Shown here: positions 26,776-38,939 of the stretch, one piece after another
How the letters are laid out: each line of letters starts with the position of its first letter
How positions within the stretch are numbered: position 1 is the stretch's first letter
Source: the human T2T-CHM13v2.0 reference genome, Homo sapiens
Direction: 5' to 3' (one strand)
Assembly (NCBI RefSeq): GCF_009914755.1
Contig: NC_060930.1
DNA length: 64,000 nucleotides
Made by a program: the position numbers and the translations under genes
The notes under the pieces: model-generated
What the model was told of the DNA's origin: nothing
Databases searched by the model: none
What the model saw: the letters and a program-made list of their open reading frames with translations, nothing else

Positions 26776-27698
26776 TGATTGTGGTTTTTTCTAGGAATAC
26801 AAAGAGGTGAGAGAGGAATATCAAATTAGGATATATCAATGAAGTGATTATAATGATTCTCTATGAATATTCATAGCTTTGCAAAAAGAAGTGATAAGAT
26901 AATGGCAGTGAAGGACACAGTGAAAAGGAAGTGGGGTTCATTAGATTTTAGATACCAGTGGCCTCTAAGGATTGTTGGGGTAGGATACTTGAGAACATGA
27001 GTGGGAAAGATAGAAGGGGGCAGTTAAGAGAGTGGTATGCCTGCTTTGAAATTATGAAGGATGTGTGAAAGCGTGGCTGAGGTTGTGTGGGTGACAAGAA
27101 CATCACAGAAGTTAAAGGAATTGAGAGCCTAGAGTATTAGAATCATTAAAAATTAAGAAATAAGTAGGATGGAAAAAATACAATGAAGTAGGAGCTAAAA
27201 TTTTAAAGAAATGGGAAGTGTGGGGAGTTGAGGGATGACTAGGATAGGTTGGTACATACCGCATACATATCTGTATTTTGTGTGTTGGAATAGATCTTTA
27301 AGGACATTCACTCAACTGCTATCAGCAGTTACTTCTGGGAATAATAATGATGATAAATGTGTGAAGTAGTGAAAGGGGATTTTCATTTTAAATCTATTTG
27401 CTTCTCTTTTTTGTTGTTTCATAACACATATGTATTATGCATAAATGACTTAGTCTAAAGAAAAGGTTCAAGTAAGAAAGCAAAAGTGTTGAACTTCTTG
27501 TCACAAACATTGGAATTTGAATTATATTTGTAAAATGAGTGTGCATTTACCTATTTCCATGCTGTTACGATGAGTGAGGTAATTATCTACTGTTCTTAAT
27601 ACAATGTCTGGCATATTAGAAGGAGCTCAAGAATGTTTTCTATTTCTCTACCCACTGACAAATCCCCCCATCACCACATGCACCACATGCACAGGCCG

Positions 27699-27729
<31 letters not shown>

Positions 27730-27945
27730 ATGCCACAGAGAGAGAGGGAGAGATGGTACAGAGAAGGTTACATATGAACACGGAGATTCTGTAGCACTTT
27801 TGTATTCTCCTTGGAGTACTCTCAGATTTTGAGATGAAAAGGAAGAAAGAAAATGGACATGTTTTTGTTTATATAACAATTACCTGGCTAATTTCCAGAA
27901 GAGAATAGTAGTAACAATAAATTACACATACATTGTAAGCTGTAA

Positions 27946-28173
<228 letters not shown>

Positions 28174-29751
28174 TGACATTTTAAAAATACAGCTTTAAAA
28201 ACAAGTCGCAGGGGACAAAAAGTACTATTTTCCAACAGTCAAAAGTCACAATGAAGAGAATTTAGTAGGTAGTATTATCTCAATATAGATAAAAATCTAT
28301 TAATAGGAACTAAGGGAACACTATGAATCTCATGATAAAATCCATAAACCTAAGTTCCTAAAATAAGTATTTTTCTATGTGATGTACTATTTAAAAAGTA
28401 AGTGCTGCTGGGTAAGCTCATTCTCAGTTTCCTAAAATGTTAGCTTAGGCTGTCTTTATGCTGTAATTATTTATATAGTCTGCCCATCAGTTCTTGGTGT
28501 GGGAAATGGTCTACCAAAGGTCAAATTAAAAGTAGTAGCTCATGCACTGATACTAGTATTTGACAGAACGAAAAATTAATGGTTGTCAGAACATTTCCTG
28601 AAATTGGCTCCAAGCAACTGAAATCTTTATTCTAAATCTGTGATTAATTGATTACTAAGGACATGGGATTCAGAGTTTCAGTGAAATATGGGTGCCTATG
28701 GCCTCTGAATAAAAGCTTCTTTGCAGCCATTGATAACTTCACAACTGAAAAGATGAAAATGAATAAATGGGAATTCATTCATTCATTCAATGGATATTAT
28801 GTGCCAGGTTGTGTGCTAGGCACTGAGACACAAAAGTGAACAAGACGAAGTCCCCATCTGAAATAACTTAGAGCTGGAGGAGAAGACTGACATGAAAACA
28901 GGTTATAATACCACAAAAAGATGTAAAGATAACTTCAGGTTCCTGCAGCTAGACAAAATACTTGATGTCGTTTCTAAAGGTAATGTGGGAGATATCCTGC
29001 ATGGGAATGGAAGTCAGGAAATCAAGGGAGAAAAAATATTTTGAGCAGAGCGCGCAGCATGAATGAAAGAAGCATTGCCAAAATAACGTCTCCTCTTTAT
29101 TTTATACACATTGTTTTATTGTAGTTATCAGGTTATGTGCCATCTCTTTCTCTAAACCGCAGGGCCCTCTAGGCAAGGTACTTACTTTGTCTATATTTTT
29201 ATGGTAGCTACCATAGTGCCTGGCACGCAGTATATTCTCAATAAACATTTGCTAAACTGAACTGAGAAGTAAGAAGCCAAGAGTTTACTAGCATTTAAAA
29301 AGAAAAAAATAGAAGTTTATTCAATAAAATATTTCAACCAATGTACCCAACACATACCAGGTTATATTTATGCTACAATATTGATCAGCCCTGCCCTCTG
29401 CACCCTAGAGTAACCCCAAAGCCTAAGCTGCCCCACCTAACTGGACCAGCTTTTTCTGTGTGTTCCAGCATGCTAAATAAACTTCACCATTTTCTATGTG
29501 AGTCATGACACGAACACGTTTGGAAAGCACTAAACTATTTATGGTAATTTCCACTGAGTTGTATTACTTTGCCTTGGGGCAGAGAATACAGAGTAGCCCA
29601 CAGATGGAACAGAAAGAGAAGATACAGAAGGAACAGGGGGTTAGAGACAGACTGGCCAACAGATGGAGACACCATTCCCAGCCTAATTCTTATAGATTGG
29701 AATAAATTTTGTGGACTATACTGAAGTGAATGAGCTTTTACAAGAATGGCC

Positions 29752-30250
29752 ACTGTAGCAGATGGCACTGGTACTCTGTTTCACATCCCCTTAGCCCACT
29801 TTTGATTTCAACCACAGCTCATACATGCTCATTTTCATGTAAGTACAGACTTACAGCACACTAGCAATGACCCACCTCAACAGAGCTCTGCAAGGTCTTT
29901 CTCCTTTGTGCCCAAGGGCCTTCTCTGAGGCCATAGGAGCCCAAGTACAAGCACGGCCTGAAAGTTGGTGAGTGGATAACCCTCAATCATGACAACAGGA
30001 GCCAGCGGGTAAACACTCAGCCTCTCCTCCTTCCAGTGGACAATTCCAGGAAGTATCCTCTGTGTTTCATGGGACATGCCAGCAGAATTGAACCACCGTT
30101 GCCTACAACAGTGATCTTGATGTTGCTTTTTGGTATTGTTACTGGCTTACTCTCTCTCCATTAATTTACTGTTTATTCCTGGGATCATCTCCTAACATAC
30201 CACCTGCAGCCAAGTCCTTGTCACAGGCTCTGCTTTTAGGGCAACCCATC
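29752..30250. mobile_element. Old ERVL-class LTR remnant (LTR16-like)
   Basis: TGTAGCAGATG start and CCTGGGATCATCTCC...CCAAGTCCTTGTCACAGGCTCTGCTTTTAGGGCAACCC end. Confidence 0.45.
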
Positions 30251-31410
30251 CATGAGAAAGATGCAGTAAAGTAACTTTTGAGAAATTATAAATTTTCTGC
30301 AAATAGTAATAAAAAAAACAGACATGAGAACTCAATACCTCAGTGCACAATGGTATAGGACAAGAACTATAAAACAAGCTAACCCTGGAAGAAGAGAAAG
30401 CCTGACCTAAGAGCATTCTCTTACCCCAAAAACATTTCCTCTGATTTCTTAAGGGCAAGGAAGTTGAAAACAAATGTCATAATCTCACCAAATAACATTT
30501 ATATTTTGTTGCATATGTACACACATATAATTGTACACTACAGAGTATGTGATATGTACTATGTCATTTTCAGCTAAAATATTTAGCACCTTGCTAACAT
30601 CCCTGGTTCAAGGTTTCTTCTTATGTATGGTCGTAGTTCAATTTCTCAAGTCTAGCTAATATTGCAGATGTGATTCTGGTGCTCAGAGCAAGCAAAGCCA
30701 GGGACAATGTCTGACAAATTCAATAATAATTTATGAATGAATGATTGATTGGTTTTTTAATATGATTAGCTCTCCTTGGATGCTTTCAGTCAGTTAAGTC
30801 ATGAAAGTAAACACTTTCTGAGTTAACTGACTGAAAGGTGCCCAAGAGGTCTGAAGACAAAGAAGTTATGCACTTAAGACTGAGCCATGGGGAGCCCCAC
30901 ATTGACTGGATCACAGTTTATAAGGGATTCCTGAAATATGTTCATATTTGGCATACCCTTAAATAATCAAAAATTTAACTCACCTAGATATTTGAAAAAT
31001 TGGAATCAATACATGAGGCAAAAGAGGAAAGGACAGACATGAGTGTAAGAACCATTTCAGTCTTCTTACATATTATTTATACTGCTATTACCATCAAAAT
31101 GCTGACCACACTCCAAAACTATCTCACAAATTTCCCATAATCCCTCAGAGACACCAATCCCTAGATAAAAAGGCTTGGCTTAAATGCTTCCATTATATCT
31201 TTGTTTATAGATTTTGCTCATGCTGCATAACATTAAGATATTGACTGAGATATCTTTGCTTCAAATTTCCCCCCACTCAGAAAGCAGCAATAGTTTTCTC
31301 AGCCCAGCCCTAAAAGGAAGATCTTCTAGAGCAGAAAAGAGAGACAATTCTTAGTTTTGTTTCCCAAAATGAACTCTAGACTCTAATAGTAAATAAATAG
31401 TCTTGAATGC

Positions 31411-31835
31411 TGTATTAGTTTGCTAGGGCTGCCATAACAATATGCCACAGATTGGGTGGCTTGAATAACGGACATGTATTTCTTACAGTTCTGGAGGCTG
31501 GAAGTCCAAGATCAAGGTGTCAGCAGGCTTGGTTTCTTCTGAGGCCTGTTTTGTCTTGTAGACGGCTGCCTTCTCACTGTGGCTTCACATGACTTTTCTT
31601 TCTCACTGTGTCCTCACACACTCTTTGTTTGTGCATCTCTGCTGTATCTTTATGTGTCTAATTTTCTCTTCTTATAAGGACAACAGACAGATTGGATCTG
31701 GGCCCACCTTAAAGCCTCATGTTAACTTAATCACCTCTTCAAAGGCCCTATCACCAAGTATCATCACATTCTGAAATACTGAGGGTTAGAGCTTTAAAAT
31801 ATGACTTTTGGACGGACACATTTCCGCCTATAACA
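31411..31835 (-). mobile_element. MLT1 (A/B-like) MaLR solo LTR
   Basis: TGTATTAGTTTGCTAGGGCTGCCATAACAA...CAGTTCTGGAGGCTGGAAGTCCAAGATCAAGGTG...CCTATAACA. Confidence 0.85.
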
Positions 31836-31939
31836 AACCCCAAGGCACATTTGACTTTACTTCTGAAGGAAAAAAAAAATACTAATTACAAAAATGTTTC
31901 CAAAAAGTTTGTTGCAAAAGGATATTGAGTCCCTGTCTC

Positions 31940-32105
31940 ACAATGCCAGATTTAGCAAATAAAAATATAGAATATCAATTTAAATTTGAATTTCAGATAA
32001 ATTTGAATTTCAGATAAACAAATAATTTTTTAGCATTAAGAAGTTCCACAAAATTTGGGGCATTCAAATTTAATTGGGCATTTTGTATTTTATCTGTGAA
32101 TGTTA
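31940..32105. mobile_element. MER53-like hAT MITE (palindromic)
   Basis: TGCCAGATTTAGCAAATAAAAATA...AAATTTGAATTTCAGATAAA (duplicated)...TTTTGTATTTTATCTG. Confidence 0.6.
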
Positions 32106-33077
32106 GTCTCAGATAAACAGGATGAAGAGCATGATAATGAGTCGTGTCATGGGTCCTACACTCTGTTCCACTGCAAGGTTAAATCCCTTGCACAGGAAAC
32201 AACAGCACCCCCAACATGAGTTTGGGGGTCCCAAAGCAGAGAAAACTAGGTCCTGATTTGCATTTAGAATTCTGAGAGAAAACAGCTTTGCAGGGTGTAA
32301 TGTGATGATACGGGACAGTGATTAGAATAGGAACAGTGGGTCACATCTAGAGACAGGGTCTGAGGTGGTGACCTCACCTTCCCCCATCATAGTACATACA
32401 TCTTCTTTTTCTGTGGTTCCAAAACCAAAGGTTTCCTGTGATTGCAAGATAAATACAGAGGTTGGCTGAGTGTGGAGAGGCAGGCCTGAAATGGCCGCAT
32501 GGTTTGAGTCAAAACTAAACATGTTTTAGACAACACTGTAACTGAAGTGTTTTAAAGTTTATACAGCAGTGGTGGTTACAGACAATGTGTCTAGAGGCAA
32601 CCTAAAATCACCAGGGATGGTCTAGTCCAGGAAAAGCCATGCATATGGATGCCATTAACCAAGGATCAAAATTCTCTCCCCAGACCTCTCAATAGTATGT
32701 TAGCCCTTCTGCAATTTAGAAGCCCCACACCCCCAAAAGAACAGCCAAAGTCAAAGAGAGGTATTATAAAGTGACAGTCAAAGAGACATTAAGTTTAACC
32801 TGGAACTAGCTGAGCTTACCTTGAGTTTATCCATATTGTATTTCCATCTCAGCTGCTGGCAAATCAACATTCCCTATCATATATCATTAAAGTTGATTAT
32901 TTGAACCTTAAAGCAAAACTTAACATTTAATTAAATTTCATTTCATTGCTCTACCATTTGAGATTTTTTTAAAATTGTAATCCTGCCACTTAATATCTAT
33001 CCAAGAGGAATTCATTTCATATTCTAAACATTTTTTAAAATCTAGACACAATCTTTGTAAGAAGTTTCCTACAAAAG

Positions 33078-33546
33078 TGAGAGGTGAAGCCAGTTGGACT
33101 TCCTGGGTCATGTGGGGACTTGGAGATTTTTTGTGTCTAGCTAAAGGATTGTAAATGTACCAATCAGCACTCTGTGTCTAGCTAAAGGATTGTAAATGCA
33201 CCAATCAGCACTCTGTAAAAACACAGCAATCAGAGCTCTGTGTCTAGCTAAAGGATTGTAAATGCACTATCAGCACTCTGTAAAATGGACCAATCAGCAG
33301 GACATGGGTGGGGACAAATAAGGGAATAAAAGCTGGCCACCCCAGCCAGCAGCGGCAGCCTGCTTGGGTCCCCTTCCATGCTGTGGAAGCTTTGTTCTTT
33401 CGCTCTTCACAATAAATCTTGCTTCTGCTCGCTCTTTGGGTCTGCGCCACCTTTAAGAGCTCTAACACTCACCGCGAAGGTCCGAGGCTTCATTCTTGAA
33501 GTCAGTGAGACCAAGAACCCACCGGAAGGAACCAACTCCAGACACA
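33078..33546 (+). mobile_element. 5' LTR (LTR12 family, LTR12/LTR12F-like)
   Basis: TGAGAGGTGAAGCCAG...CCAATCAGCACTCTG repeats...GGGAATAAAAGC...GAAGGAACCAACTCCAGACACA. Confidence 0.93.
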
Positions 33547-33549
33547 TTT

Positions 33550-33567
33550 TGGCAACCATGAAGGGAC
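33550..33567 (+). promoter_or_regulatory. Retroviral primer-binding site, tRNA-Arg type
   Basis: TGGCAACCATGAAGGGAC begins three bases after the LTR and is a CpG-decayed form of the ERV9 PBS TGGCGACCACGAAGGGAC. Confidence 0.85.
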
Positions 33568-34809
33568 TATTGCCTATCACCAAGCAGTGAGTACCATCGG
33601 ACCCCTTTCGCTTGCTATTCTGTCCTATTTTTCCTTAGAATTCGGGGGCTAAACACCAGGCAACTGTTGGCCAGTTAAAAGAGACTAGTGTGGCCGTCAG
33701 ACTGAAGACAGGGGTGTCAGGGTTTCTGGGAAAGGGCTCTCTGACAACCCCCGGCTCTTTGGAGTTGGGAGCATTGGTTTGCCTGGAACCAGCTTCCACT
33801 TTTCCTGTACTTCTGGGCTGAGCCGAGGGTCGACGGAGAGGAAAGCCATTCAGCTCTGGGGTCCAGACAAAAAGTTGGTTGACCCTGTAGCCATGTGTGG
33901 AACTTTCAAAGTCATGTCACCCAAGCGAAACTTGCCCATCTATCCTATCTAGCCTGACCCTCGCCTCTTGGGTCCTAATGCCAGTCAGACAAGCTTCCTC
34001 TTACCTCCATTCTCCGAGGCTAGTCCCACTTCTAAAAACCACTCCCTGTCTCTGGTGCTTTTCTAGTTTCTCCTATAAGAATGATTTCTAGTATAAACTT
34101 CAGGACTCTGTTACCTTCTTTAGGCACCTGGGCTTACCAATCAGAGGCATAATTTTTGCCCAAAGCCCTGTCGGGTGGGGACTATCTGGAATTTTAGGAT
34201 CTCCCCTCAGACTAGAAGGCCTAACAAAAGCTATTCCTGAAGCTAGGATATGGGGAGTCTCAGAAATGATATCCTTCCTATCCATATGATGAGAAGTAGG
34301 ACAAAAGGCGTCACTCTTCCAACCCTGGAGATCCCTTCCCTCCCTCAGGGTATGGCCCTCCACTTCATTTTTGGGGCATAACATCTTTATAGGACAGTGG
34401 TAAGGTCCCAATACTAACAGGAGAATGCTTAGGACTCTAACAGGTTTTTGAGAATGCATCGGTAAGAGCCACTAAATCCAATTTTTCTCGGTCCTCTTTG
34501 TGGTCTAGGAGGACAGGCAAAGGTGCAGGTTTTCAAGAAAGCATCAGTAAGGGCCACTAAATCCGACCTTCCTCGGTCCTCCCTGTGGTGTAGGAGGAAA
34601 ACTAGTGTTTCTGCTGCTGCGTCAGTGAGCACAACTATTCTGATCAACAGGGTCCAGGGACCGTTGTGGGTTCTTGAGCAAGAAGGGTTTCTGCTGCTGC
34701 GTCGGTGAGTGCAACTATTCCGATCAGCAGGGTCTGGGGACCGTTGCGAGTTCTTGGGTAGCAGCAGGAAAACAAACAAACCAAAATCATGGGCAGATTT
34801 TTCTTTCAC

Positions 34810-36255
34810 ATGGGAAACACTCAGTCATCAACAGGCTCATCCTTGAAATGCATCCTAAGCCATTGGGACCAATTTGACCCACAAACCCTGAAAAAGAGGC
34901 AGCTCATTTTTTTCTGCACTATTGCCTGGTCCCAATATTCTCTCTCTGATAGGGAAAAATGGCCACCTGAGGGAGGTATAAATAACAATACTATCCTGCA
35001 GCTTGACCTTTGCTGTAAGAGGGAAGGCAAACGGAGTGAAATACCTTATGTCCAAGCTTTCTTTTCATTGAAGGTGAATCCACAACTATGCAAAGCTTGC
35101 AATTTACATCCCACAGGAGGACCTCTGAGCTTACCCCCATAGCCTAGCCTCCCTATAGCTCCCCTTCCTATTAATGATAAGCCTCCTCCAATCTCCCCTG
35201 CCCAGAAGGAAATAAGCAAAGAAATCTCCAAGAGACCAAAAAAACCCCCGGGCTATCAGTTATGTCCCCTTCAAGCTGTAGGGGGAGGGGAATTTGGCCC
35301 AACCCAGGTACATGTCCCCTTCTCCCTCTCTGATTTAAAGCAGATCAAGGTAGACCTGGGGAAGTTTTCAGATGATCCTGATAGGTACATAGATGTCCTA
35401 CAGGGTCTAGGGCAAACCTTTGATCTCACTTGGAAAGATGTCATGCTATTGTTAGATCAAACCCTGGCCTTTAATGAAAAGAATGCTTTAGCTGCAGTCC
35501 GAGAGTTTGGAGATACCTGGTATCTTAGTCAAGTAAATGACAGAATGACAGCTGAAGAAAGGGACAAATTCCCTACTGGTCAGCAAGCCATCCCCAGTAT
35601 GGATCCCCACTGGGACCTTGACTCAGATCATGGGGACTGGAGTTGCAAACATTTGTTGACCTGTGTTCTAGAAGGACTAAGGAGAATTAGGAAAAATGAA
35701 TTATGCAATGATGTCCACCATAACTCAGGGAAAGGAAGAAAATCCTGCCTTCCTCAAGTGGCTATGGGAGGCCTTAAGAAAATACACTCCCCTGTCACCT
35801 GACTCACTTGAGGTTCAATTGATCCTAAAAAATAAGTTTATTACCCAATCAGCCACAGATATCAGGAGAAAGCTAAAGTGAGCCCTGGGCCCTGAACAAA
35901 ATCTGGAGGCATTATTAAACCTGGCAACCTCAGTGTTCTATAATAGGGACCAAAAGGAACAGGCTGAAAAGGAAAAGCAAGATAAGAGAAAGGCCGCAGC
36001 CTTAGTCATGGCCCTCAGACAAACAAACCTTGGTGTTTCAGAAAGGACAGAAAATGAAGCAGGCCAGTCACCCAGTAGGGCTTGTTACAAGTGTGGTTTT
36101 CAAGGATACCTTAAAAATACTGTCCAACAAGAAACAAGCTGCCCCCTCGCTCATGTCCACTATGCCGAGGCAATCACTGGAAGGTGCACTGCCCCAGGGG
36201 ACAAAGGTTCTCTGGACCAGAATCCCCCAACAAGATGATCCAATAACAGGACTGA
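34810..36255 (+). pseudogene. ERV9 gag remnant with stops and frameshifts
   Basis: MGNTQSSTGSSLKCILSHWDQFDPQTLKK (matrix-like), capsid-like segments (ITQGKEENPAFL; FITQSATDIRRKL) and a degenerate zinc knuckle ACYKCGFQG. Ends at CAGGACTGA. Confidence 0.88.
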
Positions 36256-36660
36256 GGGTGCCCGGGGCAAGCGCCAGCTCATGTCATAACCCTCACTGAG
36301 CCCCGGGTACATTTAACCATTAAGGGCCAGAAAATTGACTTCCTCCTGGACACTGGCGTGGCTTTCTCAGTGTCCTGTCCCGGACAGCTGCCTCAAGGTC
36401 CATTACCATCCAAGGAATCCTGGGACGGCCTGTAACCAGGTATTTCTCCCACCTTCTCAGTTGTAATTGGTAGACTTTGCTACAGATAGTAAGTATGCTT
36501 ATCTAATCCTACATGCTCACGCTGCAATATGGAAAAAAAGGGAGTTCCTAACCTTTAGGGGAACTTCCATTAAATATCACAAGGAAACCATGGAGTTATT
36601 GCACGCAGTGCAAAAACCCAAAGAGGTGGCAGTCTTACACTACCAAAGCCGTCAAAAGGG
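36256..36660 (+). pseudogene. ERV9 protease fused by deletion to the RNase H C-terminal part (RT deleted)
   Basis: TLTEPRVHLTIKGQKIDFLLDTG (DTG at 36349-36357), then an abrupt switch at about 36481 to TDSKYAYLILHAHAAIWKKREFLT. Confidence 0.85.
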
Positions 36661-36900
36661 GAAGGAGAGGGGAGAACAGCAGCATAAGCATCTGGCAGAG
36701 ACAGGGAAAGACCAGCAGAAAGGAAAGAGAGAAAGAGACAGAAAGTCAGAGAAAGAGAAGAAGAGAGGGGAAGAGACAGAGACAAAGAGGGAATCAGAGA
36801 GAAAGAGAGACAGAAAGTCAAAGAGAGGAAGAGATAGACAGGGAGTAAGAAAGAGAGAAAGAGACAAAGAAGTCAAAGAGAAAGAAAGAGAGATGGAAGT
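36660..36900. repeat. GA-rich low-complexity tract inside the provirus
   Basis: AGAGAAAGAGAGACAGAAAGTC-type purine repeats. Confidence 0.85.
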
Positions 36901-37659
36901 AGTAAAGAAAAAACAGCGTACCATATTCCTTTAAAAGCCAGGGTAAATTTAAAACCTATAATTGATAATTGAAGGTCTTCTCTATAACCCTATAACACTC
37001 CAATACTACCTTGTTGTCAGTGTAAACAAGGGCATAGGCCGAAAATACTGAGGCCACTGACAACCCGTAGCCTTTCTATCAAAAATCCTTAATCCAGCAG
37101 GTTTCCTAACAGGGGATCTAAATCTTAATTAATTACCATCCAAAGGTCCAACCAGACCTAGGAAGAACTCCCTTCAAGACAGGACAATAGATGGTTCCTC
37201 CTAGGTGATTAAGGGAAAACGACACCATGGGTATTCAGTAAGTGATAAGGGAACTCTTTATAGAAGCAGAGTTAGGAAAATTGCCTAATAATTGGTCTGC
37301 TCAAACATGGGAGTTGCTTGCACTCAGCCAAACCTTAAAGTATTTACAGAATCAGGAAGGAGCCATCTATATCAATTCTAAGTTAATATGGACTGAAAGA
37401 GGTTTTATTAATAGCAAAGAAAAATTAAAATCCCAAACTTACAAGGTTTTCAACAAAAGTAAAGTTTGCTAAAAGTTAACAGTGTAACATGTATTATCCT
37501 AACGTCTAATCTTATGGACATCATACCCTATCAGTGCCCCTCAAAGCTCAAGTCCATCAGTGCAGGGTCATGCAACTAATACCCCTACTTATAGGGTTAG
37601 AAATGGCCACTGCTACAGGAAGCAGAATAGCAGGTTTATCTACTTCATGATCCTACTAC

Positions 37660-38241
37660 CACACACTCTCAAAGGATTTCTCAAACAATTTGCAAGAAAT
37701 AACAAAATCTATCCAGTAAGGATAGTAACTACAATCCCAAATAGACTCTTTGGCAGCAGTGACTCTCCAAAACTGCCAAGGCCTAGACCTCTTCACTGCT
37801 GAGAAAGGAGGACTTTGCAGCTTCTTAGGGGAAGAGTGTTGCTTTTACACTAACCAGTCAGGGACAGTATGAGATGCCGCCCAGCATTTATAGGAAAAGG
37901 CTTCTGATATCAGACAATGCCTTTCAAACTCTTATACCAACCTCTGGAATTGGGTGACATGACTTCTCCCCTTTCTAGGTCCCATGACAGCCATCTTGCC
38001 ATTACTCGCCTTCAGGCCCTTTATTTTTAACCTCCTTGTCAAATTTGGTTCCTCTAGGATCACGGCCATCAAGCTACAGATGGTCTTACAAATGGAACCA
38101 CAAATGAGCTCAACTAACAACTTCTACCGAGGACCCGTGGACAAACCCACTGGCCCTTTGACTGGCCTAAAGAGTTCCCCTCTAGAGGACAGTACAACTG
38201 TAGGGCCCCTTCTTTGCCCCTATCCCACAGGAAGTAGCTAG
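37660..38241 (+). pseudogene. ERV9 env TM remnant
   Basis: Immunosuppressive-domain-like [17 protein letters not shown] (37765-37815), CX6CC motif CSFLGEECC (37816-37842), stop at 37870, and a tail containing IKLQMVLQMEPQM. Confidence 0.88.
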
Positions 38242-38297
38242 AATGGTCATCGCCCAATTCCCAACAGCAGTTGGGGTGTCCTGTTTAGAGGAGAGAT

Positions 38298-38939
38298 TGA
38301 GAGGTGAAGCCAGCTGTACTTTGTGGGTCGAGTGGGGATTTTTTGTGTCTAGCTAAAGGATTGTAAATGTACCAATCAATACTCTGTGTCTAACTAAAGG
38401 ATTGTAAATGCACTAATCAGCACTCTGTAAAAACACACCAATCAGCACTCTGTGTCTAGCTAAAAGACTGTAAACACGCCAATCAGCACTCTGTAAAAAC
38501 GCACCAATCAGCACTCTGTGTCTACCTAAAGGATTGTAAATGTGCCAATCAGCACTCTGCAAAAATGCACCAATGAGCACTCTGTGTCTAGCTAAAGGAT
38601 TGTAAATGCACCAATCAGCACTCTGTAAAATGGACCAATCAGCACTCTATAAAATGGACCAATCAGCGCTCTGTAAAATGGACCAATCAGCAGGACGTGT
38701 GCAGGGACAAATAAGGGAATAAAAGCTGTCCACTCCAGCCAGCAGCGGCAACCCACTCAGGTCCTCTTCCATGCTGTGGAAGCTTTGTTCTTTCGCTCTT
38801 CACAATAAATCTTGCTTCTGCTCACTCTTTGGGTCCATGCCACCTTTAAGAGCTGTAACACTCACCACAAAGGTCCACGGCTTCATTCTTAAAGTCAGTG
38901 AGACCAAGAACCCCCTGGAAGGAACCAACTACGGACACA
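38298..38939 (+). mobile_element. 3' LTR (LTR12 family) with an expanded U3 repeat array
   Basis: Same termini as the 5' LTR and 11 CCAATCAGCACTC-type units. Confidence 0.93.

Larger units (their letters stand above)
33078..38939 (+). mobile_element. ERV9/HERV9-family defective provirus: LTR12 - gag - pro - deleted/mosaic pol - partial env - LTR12
   Basis: Two TG...CA LTRs, 4-bp TSD AAAG (33074-33077 and 38940-38943), PBS, polypurine tract (AGAGGAGAGAT before 38298) and gag/pro/RNase H/env remnants. Confidence 0.95.

Noticed and set aside
34789-38241. Possible intact or domesticated gag/pol/env (syncytin-like) gene
   Set aside because: All frames are broken by stops and frameshifts; RT, integrase and most of env SU are deleted.
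38340-38695. Regular 24-41-bp repeats resembling a CRISPR array
   Set aside because: There are no unique spacers and no cas genes. These are the U3 tandem repeats of an LTR12 in human DNA.
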